A stretch of DNA of 64,000 bases, taken from contig NC_135667.1 in NCBI RefSeq assembly GCF_964188315.1, forward strand, positions 20,212,001 through 20,276,000, given 5' to 3'. Shown one piece after another: positions 36,324 to 49,511 of the stretch. Each line of letters opens with the position of its first letter. Within the stretch, counting starts at the first letter, position 1. Source of the stretch: Podarcis muralis. Its lineage: Eukaryota. A model generated the notes under the pieces. That model saw only the letters and a list, made by a program, of their open reading frames with translations. It was not told where the DNA came from and did not search any database. The translations under genes and the position numbers were made by a program.

Positions 36324-36422
36324 CTCATCCTCTTCCTCCTCCTCTGGGCGGGCGTCTGACTGTTCAATAGAAGTCACCGTTTTCTCTGAAAACACCATCT
36401 CTCCTGTACGGTTATCAGTCAT
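36324..36422 (-). CDS. DKKL1: DKKL1 soggy exon MTDNRTGEMVFSEKTVTSIEQSDARPEEEEEDE
   Basis: Matches DKKL1 MTDNKTGEVLISE and DKK3 ITNNQTGQMVFSE. Phase 0 to 0; GTCAGT donor. Confidence 0.95.
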
Positions 36423-36742
36423 CTGCATATTTTGAGAGAACAACATTAAGATTGCATGGGAGAGACAGAACAAGTGAAGAAGCCTCCTTACTTTTAAACA
36501 TTTGTGAGGCGGCAGCATGGTTGACGGCAGAAACATCCTCATGGCCAAGGCTCCACAGAGCTATGGGGACAGTTGACTTGGCTTCACAGGGGCAAGGAGG
36601 TGTCCTCAAGTGCCTGCACTAGACTTGCGACTCCCTTAGGAAAGAGATGGAGAGCCTATGCCTGTCCCGTCAGCCCCAGACAACATGGCCAGGGGTCATG
36701 GATTTTGGGAGATGTAGTCTAGCAACACCTTATTCCCCTCAT

Positions 36743-36743
<1 letters not shown>

Positions 36744-36793
<50 letters not shown>
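36744..36793. repeat. (AAT)n microsatellite (tail of an adjacent repeat)
   Basis: Visible tandem repeat. Confidence 0.9.
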
Positions 36794-37557
36794 TTATTAT
36801 TATTTGTACCCCGCCTATCTGGCTGGGTTTCCCCAGCCACTCTGGGTGGCTTCCAACAAAGATTAAAAATACATCAAAATGTCACACATTAAAAACTTCC
36901 CTGAACAGCGCTGCCTGTTTAAAGATGCATGATGCCCCTTTAAATGTACAGTGCTGATGGGGCCCTACTCAGATTACACCCATGGAAACTAATGAATCCA
37001 AGTTAGTCATGTCCATTAACTTCAGTTGGTCTGCTAGCATGGGACAGAACCCATAGTCTCCAAACAGCATGCACCAGATTATAATACCAATGGTGGACTG
37101 TGGGAGGGAAAGAATACATGGGGAAAGATTATTCCATGGCTTTGTTGGGATGGTTGGTTGCTTGAGTTGCAATATATACATCGAGAGCCATTTGTCAGAA
37201 GGGGTGAAAGCTGACAGGAACCATGTCAAGGTTCAGCCTTGCCAGATAAGCAACTGGGAGTCCAGGACCTAAGATCTATGCCAGGCTGGCCAAAGGGGTT
37301 CCGCTGACTGTGGCTAAGTATCTAAGCCGTCCTCTGCTGCCTTGTGCATATATTTTATATGTTACTGACAAAATGCCTTTTAGTCTAGAATTTGATGTCC
37401 CCAAATGGCTACCCAACGATAGGGTCGGCCTGGACACCACCAGCTACACTGATCAGAACTTGCATCCTCAGGTATTGAATTGCCAGCCAGTGAGGTAAGC
37501 TGAGCTTAGCTATCCATGGTTCTTCATTTTGGTTTTGGTTTTCAATAGCTCACTCAC

Positions 37558-37692
37558 TTTGCTGATTTCGCGGTGGCTGTAGACGGTGGCATTCCCCACT
37601 TTCCGTTGGTGCTTCTCCTCGTTGTGATAGTTTGAGGGCAGCTTGCTGATATCCACAGAGGGCTCAAGCTGGTCTTTCCCCAGCACATCCTC
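37558..37692 (-). CDS. DKKL1: DKKL1 soggy exon EDVLGKDQLEPSVDISKLPSNYHNEEKHQRKVGNATVYSHREISK
   Basis: LPSNYHNE...KVGNATV..HREI is the soggy-domain signature (DKK3 LPPSYHNE...KVGNNTIHVHREIHK). AG and GTGAGT sites. Confidence 0.95.
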
Positions 37693-39719
37693 CTACACAA
37701 CAGACAAAAACGGATCCTTATACTGTGTAGGGGAAGGAGACAGAGGGTCCCACCAGATGAACTGTTTATTGTGTATCCTGATTCCCTTGGACAAAACTTA
37801 CACAGAGGTTAGATTATGCGCAGTCTTTATTTAACATTCATTTTTATTTGTTTGCAGTGAGGTTATACAACAGTGAGCATTAGTGCTGCATTCATTCCAA
37901 TTCGCTTTTGGAGTGTTTGCATGTCTTCCGGTATTTTATCCTTTCCGCTCATTTCCTCATCACTTTCCTAGCCACAAAAAAGTCCATTTCTTTTTCGAAG
38001 TGAATTTCATTTGCACTTCAATTGTGCAAACCGAAACTCTGAGGATACATTTGGATGCCACCCGCAAAATGCTCACTGTTTGTGCAAGATACCCTCTTGC
38101 CCACCCTAATTTGACCTTTTTACAATAAGGAAAGTGACGGGGAAAGTGTGAGTCAACAGTTGCTTGACACAACCACCGTATAACCTCTCCAACAAACAGA
38201 CAAAATGATTGATAAAGAGCCATAATTGTCGTTCCGCCCCACGAACTTCATGCAAAGAAATCAAGTTGAATGATTAATAAACAGGTCTGGAAGCCCAACA
38301 GCATCTTCTCCCTCTCTCCAAAAAGTAGCTTTCATCAGAGGAATCAGTTAAAATAATAATAAACATAAGTTTGTTTTCTTACTAGTCTTCTGTTTATTTT
38401 TGAAATAAATAAATAACAATGTGGTTTTTTTTAAAAAAGAAACAAATTTGAGGAACAGCAACCAAGAATGCTAGCCTTAATGGTTTGAAGTTGGTCAGTT
38501 TCATCAAAGGGTACTTTCAGATGAGAGATCCTTCTCAAGTACGGCTGGCCAGACACCACTTAACTGTTTAACTGCCAAGGCCCAAGATGTCTAGCAGAAT
38601 CCTCAGTGCCTGCAGGTGAGAACCCTCCCCTTTCCGCAGCTTCTAAGAATTCTCATGGAGGAAAACAATAAACAGGTCAGTGTGATTTCTGCAGCAAGGC
38701 AGAAACAATTTAGATTTAAACTTGAAGTTTCAGCCTGGAAATTAACTGAAATTAACCATTACAAGACAAGATGCCACACCCACAAAATGCTCACAAGCTG
38801 TTGTGCTGTCAGGGCAGGACTTTGATGCAGACTTCTATAAGACCACCGAGTCTGAAATTGCTCACAAGAGTAGATTTAACAGGTTTATTATGCCAGCACG
38901 AAGTATTAATTTCAGCATTCAAATTTCAAAACAGAAATTAAGGATTGTGCTTTCCAAATATGTGGAATAAGGCATTCTTAACCCGCAAACCCCAGCTTTT
39001 GAACCTAAAAATCATGAGAGATTTGCTTGTGAACCTCTGAGAAATCAACATTTTACATTCCCAAAGGCTGGGAATTGATGCTATTCTAAATTCCCATAAT
39101 GTAATTAGCACTGGAACCCTTTCTCATCCACCTCCAGGGGAAAGCACACACCCAAGCAAACATTAACTGTGAACACATCATTCATTTAAAGCACACGACT
39201 TGCCCCAGAGAATCCTGGGAACTGTAGTTTACTCCCACAGAGCCACCATTTCCAGCACCACCAATAATACACTATAGTTCCCAGGACTCCCCCCATCCCA
39301 GCCTTTCTGGAGAAGGAAAATGTGTTTTAAATGTATCGTGCATGTGCAACCTGAGTGCATCATGAGCAAGAAAAAGAATGAGCGGGTTGTGGGGAATTAG
39401 ATAATGAGAACGAGACGGAGAAAAGTTATTCGAGATCTTCCTTGGGCTTTAAATGTAAAGGATGGGCAGATTCCCTCTAGAATTCCTAGGTGCTGTGCAG
39501 TGTTTACTGCAGCCTCCGGCAACCTGGGGCTGGTGGGAGTTGCAGACCAAATCAGCCAGAGGATACCAGGATTATTGCAAGAATCCTCCCTTTAAAAAAC
39601 CCCCAACTCATTACAGATGCTCACAGAGCATCTAAAGCATCCCTTCTATTATGTGGGATGGGTGTGTGTGGATCTGATGCTCCCTCTCTCCCTCTCTCAT
39701 CATCATCATCATCCCTTAC

Positions 39720-39857
39720 CCGGCTCTGCTCAAAGATGTTGCGAAACTCCTTGAAGAGCCTCTCCACGCTGGGGGGCAGGAAGGCAGCAGATGCCGTGGT
39801 CCTTCCTTGCATCAGAGCTGTCAGGCACCAGAATCCCCACACCAGCGGCAGCAGCAT
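39720..39857 (-). CDS. DKKL1: DKKL1 first coding exon with signal peptide MLLPLVWGFWCLTALMQGRTTASAAFLPPSVERLFKEFRNIFEQSR (whole exon 39720-39897)
   Basis: Long pyrimidine tract plus AG at 39898. Hydrophobic leader; GTAAGG donor in phase 0. Confidence 0.85.
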
Positions 39858-40295
39858 CTTGGGCCGATCCCTGATTCTGTCGCTGCCAGAGCCAGACCTG
39901 CGCAAAAGGGAGAAGCAGGAAAGGGGAAATATCGGGGAGAGAGAGGAGCTAACCCAGCAGGCACCGCCCCTGCTGGCTATTCTCAAGACCCTCCCCTCCT
40001 GCACTCCAGCCCCACAACCCTTCGTCCCTTTGCTCTGCCCCAGAACAAGACACATGGACCAGTGCTTAGAGGCCCAAAGGGACAGAGGCCTTTCCCCCCA
40101 AATCCCAGGCAAACCGAGTGGAAAAAAGCAAGGATGGGGTGTTTGGGGCTCCCAAGGGCTGTGGGTCAGGCCAGAGCACGTGCTGTGCGTGCAGAAGGTC
40201 CCTGGCTCAATCCCTGGCATCACCAGGTGTCAGAAACCCTGAAGGGGAGCTGCCAGTCAGTGCAGTAAACACTGAGGGTAGATCCACACCATATA

Positions 40296-40526
40296 CAGTG
40301 GTACCTCGGGTTAAGAACTTAATTCGTTCTGGAGGTCTGTTCTCAACCTGAAACTGTTCTTAACCTGAAGCACCACTTTAGCTAATGGGGCCTCCCGCTG
40401 CCGCCGCACAATTTCTGTTCTCATCCTGAAGCAAAGTTCTTAACCTGAAGTAATATTTCTGGGTTAGCAGAGTCTGTAACCTGAAGCATATGTAACCTGA
40501 AGCGTATGTAACCCGAGGTACCACTG
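40296..40526 (-). mobile_element. Tc1/mariner MITE
   Basis: TIRs plus TA TSD; same family as 14685. Confidence 0.85.
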
Positions 40527-42665
40527 TATTTAACACGCATTTAAAGAACATGATTTCCCCCAATGACTCCTGGGAGCTGTAGCTACCATTCTCATAGAGC
40601 AACAATTCCCAGTGCCCTTAACAAACTACAGTTCCCAAGATGATTGGGGGGGGGGGTGTTTTAAATGTATGGTGTGGATCTACCCTGAGGTGGTGGCACC
40701 AAAAGACAGACTAAGCGTGTTCCTGAGGAGGGTGGTCCATGAGGAAAAACAGGGCTCTCAAATTTCAGCGAGGAAATACAGTACTAAAATTTGCCCCCCA
40801 CCTCTCTCACTTCATTTACATCATTATTGTGGTGCCCCCCTCCCCATGGCACCAGTGTCCAGCACAGCCCCTAAAACCACCTCTGATATTGGCCTGCCAC
40901 CCTCCTCGCACCCACCCCTTCTCGGCACCCACACCCTTCGGGGTCAGCCACCCCTCTGCCCCACACAGGGGCTGCAGCCCACCTCTTCTTAACCCCCTCG
41001 ATTCACTAGCCAGCCTGTAACTAAGCAGAACTCCCTGTCGGTCAGTTTCTGACGGGCCCATTTGAAAAAAGGTTCCGGTTCCGGAATGTGCCAGCTTTGC
41101 CTGGCATCTGTCAGGGCAGAGCAGCTGTTTCTCCACACAGACCCATACAGTGTATGTGTGGGGCGTCTTTTTACAGCCTTCCCATAAGCTGCCATAGGCC
41201 CCTTGAAGGATTTAGAGGGCCTCACATCCATCACCCTATTTGCAATGTTTAGTTTGAGCTAGGGTTGACTCCAGAACATAACGTGAATCCCGGAGAGTTC
41301 AGCACTAGACGGAACATATGAAGTAACAATGAAGGACACTTCTGAGCATGTCAAGAGCGCTTTCCCCTCACCGTTCAGGAAACAGTCAGCCCCCACTGCA
41401 GAATATTAAGAAGCAAGGCTTTTAGGTCAGAAGGGCTGGCCTTCAAAGCCCGGGAAGGCAGGTGAAGGCTGCAATCCTAACTCCACTTACCTGGAAGTAA
41501 GCACCTCTGAATTCAATAGGTCTTACTTCTGAGTAGATATGGTTAGGATTGCACAAACGTCCACCTCAGTGTCTTCTCCCTCTGCCTCCAGTAATCCAAA
41601 GGACCAGATCCCCACATCTCTTTATCATTCACACATTTAAACCCAGCTGCTAAACCCAGCACAACTTACAAAAAAGGAAAAGCAGCACACAATAAAGGCC
41701 AAGATATTCAACATTAAAAGCACAGGACTGAAAGAAAACATCTTCGAAGGAGGACTTATGGAGATCCCTGCTGGATCAGCCCTAGGTCCATCTAGGCCCC
41801 ACACAGGGCCTGAAGGGCATATTGCTTGTAGACATAGAATTTCTATTAAGTCATAGTGGCCAATGGTGGTCATAGTGTGGTGGTTAAAGTGTTGGACTAG
41901 GACCTGGGAGACGAGCCCTGCACCTCACTGGGTGATATTGGGACAGCCTCTCGGCCAAATTTACCTCACAGATTTCCAGTGGGCATCAAACAGAGCAGGA
42001 AGAGCTCTATGGCTGACTACACACCATACATGTAAATCATGTAAATCAATATCTTGGGAACTGTAGTTTCTCCCTCAGAACTACAAGTCCCAGCACCTTT
42101 AAATTACAATTCCCAGGGTTCTTTGGGGGAAGTAATGTTTAGAGTCAATCCTGACATACCCACACTTCCGCTTGTCCCATTGCTTTTCCCCGGGAGAACA
42201 GTGGCAATTTGTGTTTTATTTTGCTCCAATTTAGCACTGAAGTGCAGGTTTTCCCTGGGAAAAGAGCAGGGCAAGGGGGAAATTGCTCGGATTCATGTCT
42301 AGAAAGTGTGGGTTAAGCAGAAAACGCTTCAAGCCCCTGCTTTCTAGGTAACAGGACAAGCGGAAATGTGGATGAGCTCAAGTAATGCTATTAAAAACTC
42401 AGATAGCAACAGATCTATGAAGAGCAGCATGCTGTTTATGGAGCTGGTGGAAGTTGTGGTCCAAAAAAACATCTGGAGGGCCCCAGACTGGGGAAGGTTG
42501 CTTTTAATTACTGTACCACTGTCATTTTCAATCTGTCTTCCTCAGAGACTTGAACTGGGTTGCTAACTAACCAGACAGAACCACTTTTCACAGCAGTGTG
42601 GTTTGCAGGTATTATTAGCTGGTGACAGTGTCCACTAAGCAATCCCTTACTTAGCAAGTTAAGTA

Positions 42666-42907
42666 CAGTGGTGCCTCGGGTTACATATGCTTCAGGTTAC
42701 AGACACTTCAGGTTACAGACTCCGCTAACCCAGAAATAGTACCTTGGGTTAAGAACTTTGCTTCAGGATGAGAACAGAAATTGTGCTCCGGCAGGGCGGC
42801 GGCAGCGGGAGGCCCCATTAGCTAAAGTGGTGCTTCAGGTTAAGAACAGTTTCAGGTTAAGAACGGACCTCCGGAATGAATTAAGTATTTAACCCGAGGT
42901 ACCACTG
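42666..42907 (+). mobile_element. Tc1/mariner MITE
   Basis: TIRs plus TA TSD. Confidence 0.85.
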
Positions 42908-43591
42908 TATTATCACTTGCTAATAGCTGCAGAACAAGCTACCATTAAGAGCACAGGAGCAGGGTCCAGTAACAAAGTTGGCAACTGTAACCCTAAAGTC
43001 TTCTCCTGCAGGACACAGCCACAGCAGGGAGTTGAATAAATTGTTTAGAATCACTCTCTTAATATTTTGCATGGGGTGACAGCTAGACATCAGAAGAGCG
43101 GACCACACCCTGCACAACTGCATGCTAGCATGCATCCCAGAATACTCCGCAGTGTGGAGGTACTGTAGCAGAAATGCCGAGGTCCCTCCGCAAAAACAAA
43201 ACAACAAAGTAAGTAAATCACAGATTAAAGTGTTTTCTGGGGGCAGAAGGTTTGGAACCCACTGTATAGCAGCCCTGTAATATAAACACTGGATTCCTGT
43301 GACTGGTTCTCATGGCCAGGAAGCTACTTGCTTCCATAAGAACAATGGGTGCATTTCTGCCGTGTCACCATTAGGTGGTGACTTATGATTCCAGTGAAAC
43401 TGACATGTACCGTATTGTCAAAAGTCCACCATGATTAAAAATCCAGGAAATGAATCTCCCTGCCGGGAAGTGTGTGCATGTGTGTGAACTGGAGGGGGAG
43501 GGCGGGGGAGAAATTTCGTAATTCCAAACCCTCTCGTTAAATTCATGTGGGAAGTCAGAAGCCTAGGAGTAGAGCACAACCTTCTCTCCTC

Positions 43592-44211
43592 TGAAATAAA
43601 AAATTTAAGGTCTCATATATATAATAAATGTTCATGAATGTACCAACCGTCCTGAAACCATTTTGACTCCCAAACTGACCAAATGTTTTCTCTGCAAGGA
43701 GGGAGGGGGTGAGGGAACCTTCCCATTGTCTCAGGAATTGGGAAATCACCATCTCAAAGGAATGGCCAGACTACCAGGAAAGGCAATCAGATAAGGCATT
43801 ATCAGATAACCTGGCAGACAGGAAAAACAACAACATTCAAATTTCTGTTGTAGACCACCTTTTCTGTGATGTAGGTATGATGTTTGTGGGGGGTGGTCTT
43901 GGGTTACACCCCTTCTGTGATGTATGCATGATGTATGGAGGGGTGGTCTTGAGCTCCAGGGCAGGGAATTTAAAATGTCTATATAAGGGCAGGCACACCT
44001 TTGTTCTGGGTCCTCCTCCGGCCTCCTGCGTGTGAGGGGAGCACCCTGTTGCAACAGCTTTAATAAAGATCAGGCTTACTAGCTGCTTTGCTTCTCAATA
44101 TTCTTTGGTTGGCCTCTGATATTTTCTCCTACCAATAGGGAACCCACGTAAGGACTCTATACAGGCTCTTGGATACCCCATAGGGGGAAAGGTCTGATTT
44201 TGTTTACAACA
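43592..44211 (+). mobile_element. Solo LTR, same family as 26430-27476
   Basis: Shared U3 repeats, TATA (ctatataa), AATAAA and a tttgtttacaaca end. Left boundary approximate; no clean TSD. Confidence 0.75.
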
Positions 44212-45179
44212 TGGTCTATGTTAGATTCTAGATGGAATCGGGGCTACTCGTGCATGCAAGTTCTTTGTTCCACATGACATCAAAAACACAAATCTACCCA
44301 CTCCCCATTTAACCTAAATTTCTGCTTACCACATAAAATATGGTAAGTAAAAAATTACTGTGTCTATTTTACCTCTGCAAAAACTGCTGGTCAGTCACGT
44401 GTGCGGTGACTGGAGAGATTGCATATTTCACTGCCACACTCCTTAATTCTGCTTGTTCCTCACCTGAGCACAACCTAGCCATTTTGTTTCAGGTGGCCTT
44501 GGGGTGAATTTGCTGGGACGTCCAACCCTGGGAACATTGGCAACTGTCTTGAATGTTTTCCACTTTTGATTAATCTTTCTCACTGTAGAATGATGGACTT
44601 AAAATTGGTTGGAGGTGGTCTTATAACCCACCCCAGTTTCATGGGCAACAACAATTGCTTCTCTAAGAGCATTGCTGATTTGTTTCCTCCTTGGCATTGC
44701 GCTACAACACACCCGAATGCTCCAGGCCAGCAAATTGAAACTTCAGCTTTTATAGAGATGGGCACATTTGCTCATGATCAATTAAGCAAAGGCATTTGAT
44801 TAGCTACTACTTAGCTTCTTAATTTATATGGAAGCAGTAAGGGTGTATTTAGTTTTTCTCCATTTTGGCTTTATTTCTGTTAAATAAATCATGGCACGGT
44901 GCAATATATCATGTATTGTTGTCCATCCAAGGTTCTATTTACAGTACCTAATTTTCAGACCTGCTAAGGAAAGATGATTTCCTCATAGCCGGCTGCCTCT
45001 GTCTGGCTTTTGGTACCTGCTAGCCAGATACCTCTGGGAAGCCTACAAGGAGGCCTTGAAAACAAACAAACGCAAGCCCTTTGCTGTGGCTTCCTGCGCT
45101 CTGGTCTTCCCACGACTTGCTGCCTCTGAAGCAATTTAGGGCTAATTTATCCTCCACGAATTTGCTTTAGAATCTAAAC

Positions 45180-45900
45180 GAGTGACCCTGCCCGCATCTT
45201 GAGGAAGTTAACTTGTGCGTCGTTCCTTGTTTTGCAACATTATCACCCGGTTCCCTAAGAAAAGGTATCGCGCGCCCTTTCCTAGTCCCGTTTCCTGCTT
45301 GGCGGGGTGTGTGCGTGTGTTTTTGTGTGCGTGTCCTGTCTGAACACGAAACTCCGCCCCTTCCAGCCCTCGGCTCCTCCCCTCGTGGAACTGACTCACT
45401 GCTGCTAATTTAATTCCTCTGCTCATTCCAAGGATTCCAGAGGAAAACTGTCACCTTTCCAAAATACCACGCAGGCCTGTTGCTCCTCTGCGCGCACCAC
45501 CACGCTGCTCCTCTTCCCATTTCCAATCCCAAGGAGTGGGCAGGAACCTCCTGGATGAGTCAAAATTAACCCTAGCGGTGAAGAGCTTTTATTCTCTTTT
45601 TTCACGCCCCCCTTTCCCCCCCCCCCTTAAAGCAAAGTTCAGGGAAAGTTTCTCCTTTACGTTCTCCCTCCCCCCCCCCCCGCCTTCACTAGCGCGCACA
45701 AAACCGGCCTCTTGGGTATCTTCTGGAAGTAAGTAATATTTCCTCCCCTCTTCCCAATCGTTCGTTCTGTTTAATTTCCTACTTGGGAGCAAGCCCTGAC
45801 AAGGAAGATTTCGATTTAAACGTGCATCTGGTGGTGAGCTGTGATTTAGCTTTTGATTTTGGTTTGCAGGGAAGAAAAACGTTGCAACTTTTCTTCTTTT
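45180..45900. promoter_or_regulatory. CpG-rich region, likely the divergent DKKL1/TEAD2 promoter; candidate TEAD2 exon-1 donor gtaagt at 45729
   Basis: CpG-enriched, repeat-free stretch between the two head-to-head genes, with a GC box (ctccgcccc). Confidence 0.6.
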
Positions 45901-48718
45901 GTGGGAAAAGTCGACCACTACTTTAATATTAATTTAAAGAAGTGGAAGACTGGAAGCGTGAGGGTTTCTGTATGCGTACATAAATATATTGTGGTTTTAA
46001 TTTATTTTATGTATAGGTACTGATATATAGGTACTGAAATATGTATATTTGTCACTGGATTGCTTGGGACTATGTTTTCAAAAGATCTTTATAATATCCA
46101 GTAATTTGTGTGCATTTCACGCTGTATTCTTTGATTTTGCACATAAGTAGTAAGAGGTTGCCGTCGTTAACCCCCTTAATATATATAAACGTTTTTGAAT
46201 GTGAAATCTCGAAGCAGAGAGATGGGAGGGAGGTACCACACCTTTTTTAATGGCTTGATTGTGTGCCTGTGAGTTTCTCTTTGTCTGAGTAAAGGACAGG
46301 GGCTATAACTTTTTGTCTGAAAGCCAAGAGTTCATTAGGTTGCTTGCAGGGGGCAATTCTGTGAATCGGTGTCGTTTTTGATAGCGAGTTTCAATGGAGG
46401 GCGGAGATGGGTTTGTTCCAAATTTTATTTTGTTAAGCTTGATCCTCCTCTTGGAAGGGATGTAGTGTGTGTTTGTGTTTTAACTTTCCCCATCTCCTCT
46501 CTCCCTCACAATGTCAGCCATTAAGGGAGGGCAGTCTTTATCTTACCTGATCTGTACATTCCCCACTGCCCCAAGGGGTCAACAAACACTTCCTGAAGCC
46601 CTCTGCCCATTTGCTTCTAAGCCACACACAATGGGAATTACTTCTGAGTAAACATGGGGGGGGGGAGTACCCTCCTTCGAAGATATCCGTGAGTGATGAT
46701 TCAAAGACTTCTGAGCAAGGAGAAGCCTCTCTTTAAAAATCAAAAGGTAGAAATTCTGATTTGTGGGTGATTAGTGTTGTTAGGAAATACCTGAGCCCAC
46801 ACAGGCCAAAACAAGGCTCATTTTTGAAATGTTCTGTGAAAGGGAAAAGTTCAAACGTATGTCACGCCTACTGTGTTGTGGATGGCCAAGATCTGAAATA
46901 TAGAAGTGTCATCTGGCAATCCTGGTTCTAGGGCCATGGTGATCCAACTTCAGGCTTGAAGGGTCTACTTCATTTTTTACTGCAACCCTGAGATCCCTCA
47001 ACCAGAGCCAGATGCAAAATGGTGGTTCGGGAAGTGGAGCCAGTTCTCTTCTGCTGCCCGTGAGTGGGAGAACCAGCTTACAATAAGACTCCCTTGTCCA
47101 AAACTCTGGAGAGCTGTTGCTGGTCAGTGTGAACAGTACCGCACTAGATGCACCAATGGTCAAAGCTGCTATATGGCAGCTTCTGAATAAGAGTCCACAG
47201 TGGATTGTAGCAATAAGCATTCAAGCTCTCTAGCAAAACTATACAGTACAAAGACTGGGGCAACCACAATACACTCAGGTTAATGTATGATCTACTGTCA
47301 ATTATACAAATAGCTAATGGTAGTAGAGTTGCAGGGGGTAATTTTAGACCTGGGACTTATTAGTCCTTGTAGATAGAAAAGTAGAAATGTGTGCTACTTT
47401 TGTGAACATGTTGGCAGCCCCTTTCACATTTGGGGGTTTTCTGCCCATTCATCTGAGCAGGAATCCTGGCCTTCTCCCCCCAAAGTCCTGCCCTTTATTT
47501 TAGGGGGTTCAATTCCCTCTCAGCTCCCACCCCACTTTGTCAAAGGCCCTTCGCTTGAGTCAGGAAAAAGTTTTTGGATGGATAGCCGTCATCTCCCTGA
47601 GTTCCTCACATTCAAGCCCAAAGCATCTTTGAATATATTTTTTTTAAGACTTTTGTGTTGCGTCCAACGCTAGCCCTACGCGGTGTAGTAGTCCCAACCG
47701 AAACTAATGGAAATGATTAACTTTGGGCTCATTAATTTCAGCTGGGTTGATCCTGAGTAGAACTGGGTTAAAATTACAACCCTGTGTCTCCAAAGGTTGT
47801 TTTATTTCAGGCTGGTTTTCTCAGGAACAGGTAACACTGGGGGAGTTTTGTTAAGCCGTAAGGAAAATTTGCCAGTCTGCCTGTCTTGCATGTATAGGTG
47901 GTGTTGCGATTGAATGTTCTGTGTGCCACATCTAGTGAGCAGGTGTGTTGGCGCTGAAACTGTTGTATGCTTCGTGTTGTGGCTTTTGCAACTGCAGCGC
48001 CTGCAAGCAAGGATGGGCCAGTAAATGTGTGTGTATGAGAGGGGTGGGGGGTGGGCAGGTTGGATACAGCAGTTTCCATTTGCACAAGACCTTGATGTGA
48101 CTTGTTCCAAAAACAAACATGACCTTTCACATGGGTGCATGCGTTTCTCAAATTACAGGATGAGGTTGGGGCCCATTGCTGCTTTGTGGAGGGCAGCTTG
48201 CTTTTCTTAACTTCCATGCAACTTTTTTTTTGTTTTCCTTTGTACATGAAAACTTGTGGAAAGCAAATCAAAACACTGCATTTGAGGCATTTTGGAGTTG
48301 TGTATTTGGAGCTACCTGCGACTGATCCTTTTGTCTGTGCTGCAAACTCTGCAGAACTCTGAAAGCTTTTGGAATGGGAAGTCGAGATCCCACCTTTGTC
48401 TTTTGGAATTTTACTCCATTTTGCAGGCTCTACACCGGATCAAAATTATCTTAGCATTTCCTCAGTTCGTGGCATACAAAGGCATTGAAGGAGACCTACC
48501 CTCCAGTTTGGCTTGTTCTCAAAATGGAGTCTTCATAAACTCCCCCTTTTTAAAAAAGAAAACTTCAGCCCCAACAACGGTTGCTGGAGCTCTTTCTCCA
48601 TGCATCATACTCCTTTTGTTTATTTTAGCTTTATTCGGGTTTACCACTTGCATTAATAGCCTTCCAAAATAACAGCCTGCAGGGTCTGTTGGAAAAATGG
48701 TTTTTTATTAGAAAGGTA

Positions 48719-49061
48719 AAGGTAAGGGGACCCCTGACCATTAGGTCCGGTCGTGACCGACTCTGGGGTTGCAGCGCTCATCTCGCTTTATTGGCCGAGA
48801 GAGCCGGCATACAGCTTCCAGGTCATGTGGCCAGCATGACAAAGCCGCTTCTGGCAAACCAGAGCAGCACACAGAAACGCCGTTTACTTCCCGCCGGAGC
48901 GGTACCTATTTATCTACTTGCACTTTGACGTGCTTTCGAACTGCTAGGTTGGCAGGACCAGGGACCGAGCAACGGGAGCTCACCCTGTTGCGGGGATTCA
49001 AACCGCCGACCTTCTGATTGGCAAGTCCTAGGCTCTGTGGTTTAACCTACAGTGCGTCCTG
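48719..49061 (+). mobile_element. Sauria SINE
   Basis: Family head and tail; 11-bp TSD ttagaaaggta. Confidence 0.9.
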
Positions 49062-49153
49062 TTAGAAAGGTACATAGACAGTAAAGTGTGTAGCTCAATT
49101 GTATGCTTACCCGCAGGTAAGATTTGAACCATGCCATCTAATCCTAAACCAGT

Positions 49154-49511
49154 AAAAGGTAAAGGACCCCTGGATGGTTAAGTCTAGTCAAAGGCGACTA
49201 TGGGGTTGTGGCACTCATCTCGCTTTTAGGCCAAGGGAGCCAGCATTTGTCCACAGACAGCTTTCCGGGTCATGTGGCCAGCATGACTAAACCGCTTCTG
49301 GTTCAACGGGACACTGCGACGAGTGCCAGAGCCACAGAAACGCCATTTACCTTCCCGCTACCTATTTATCTACAGTACTTGCACTTGCTTGCTTTCGAAC
49401 TGCTAAGTTGGCAGGAGCTGAGACAGAGCAATGGAAGCTCACCCTGTCGTGGGGATTCGAACCAGCAAGTCCAAGAGGCTCTGTGGTTTAGACCACAGCG
49501 CCACCCGCATC
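49154..49511 (+). mobile_element. Sauria SINE (different subfamily)
   Basis: aaaaggtaaaggacccctgga head; 11-bp TSD cctaaaccagt. Confidence 0.88.

Larger units (their letters stand above)
28368..39857 (-). other. DKKL1: DKKL1 / DKK3-like locus: shared signal and soggy exons, then either a DKKL1-type last exon or DKK3-type CRD exons
   Basis: Exon-by-exon homology (see exon features) and head-to-head position with TEAD2, as in mammals. Confidence 0.88.

Noticed and set aside
39490-40242. 250-aa plus-strand and 200-aa minus-strand ORFs
   Set aside because: They overlap the DKKL1 signal exon and flanking GC-rich intron or SINE sequence; only 39720-39857 is supported by splice sites and homology.
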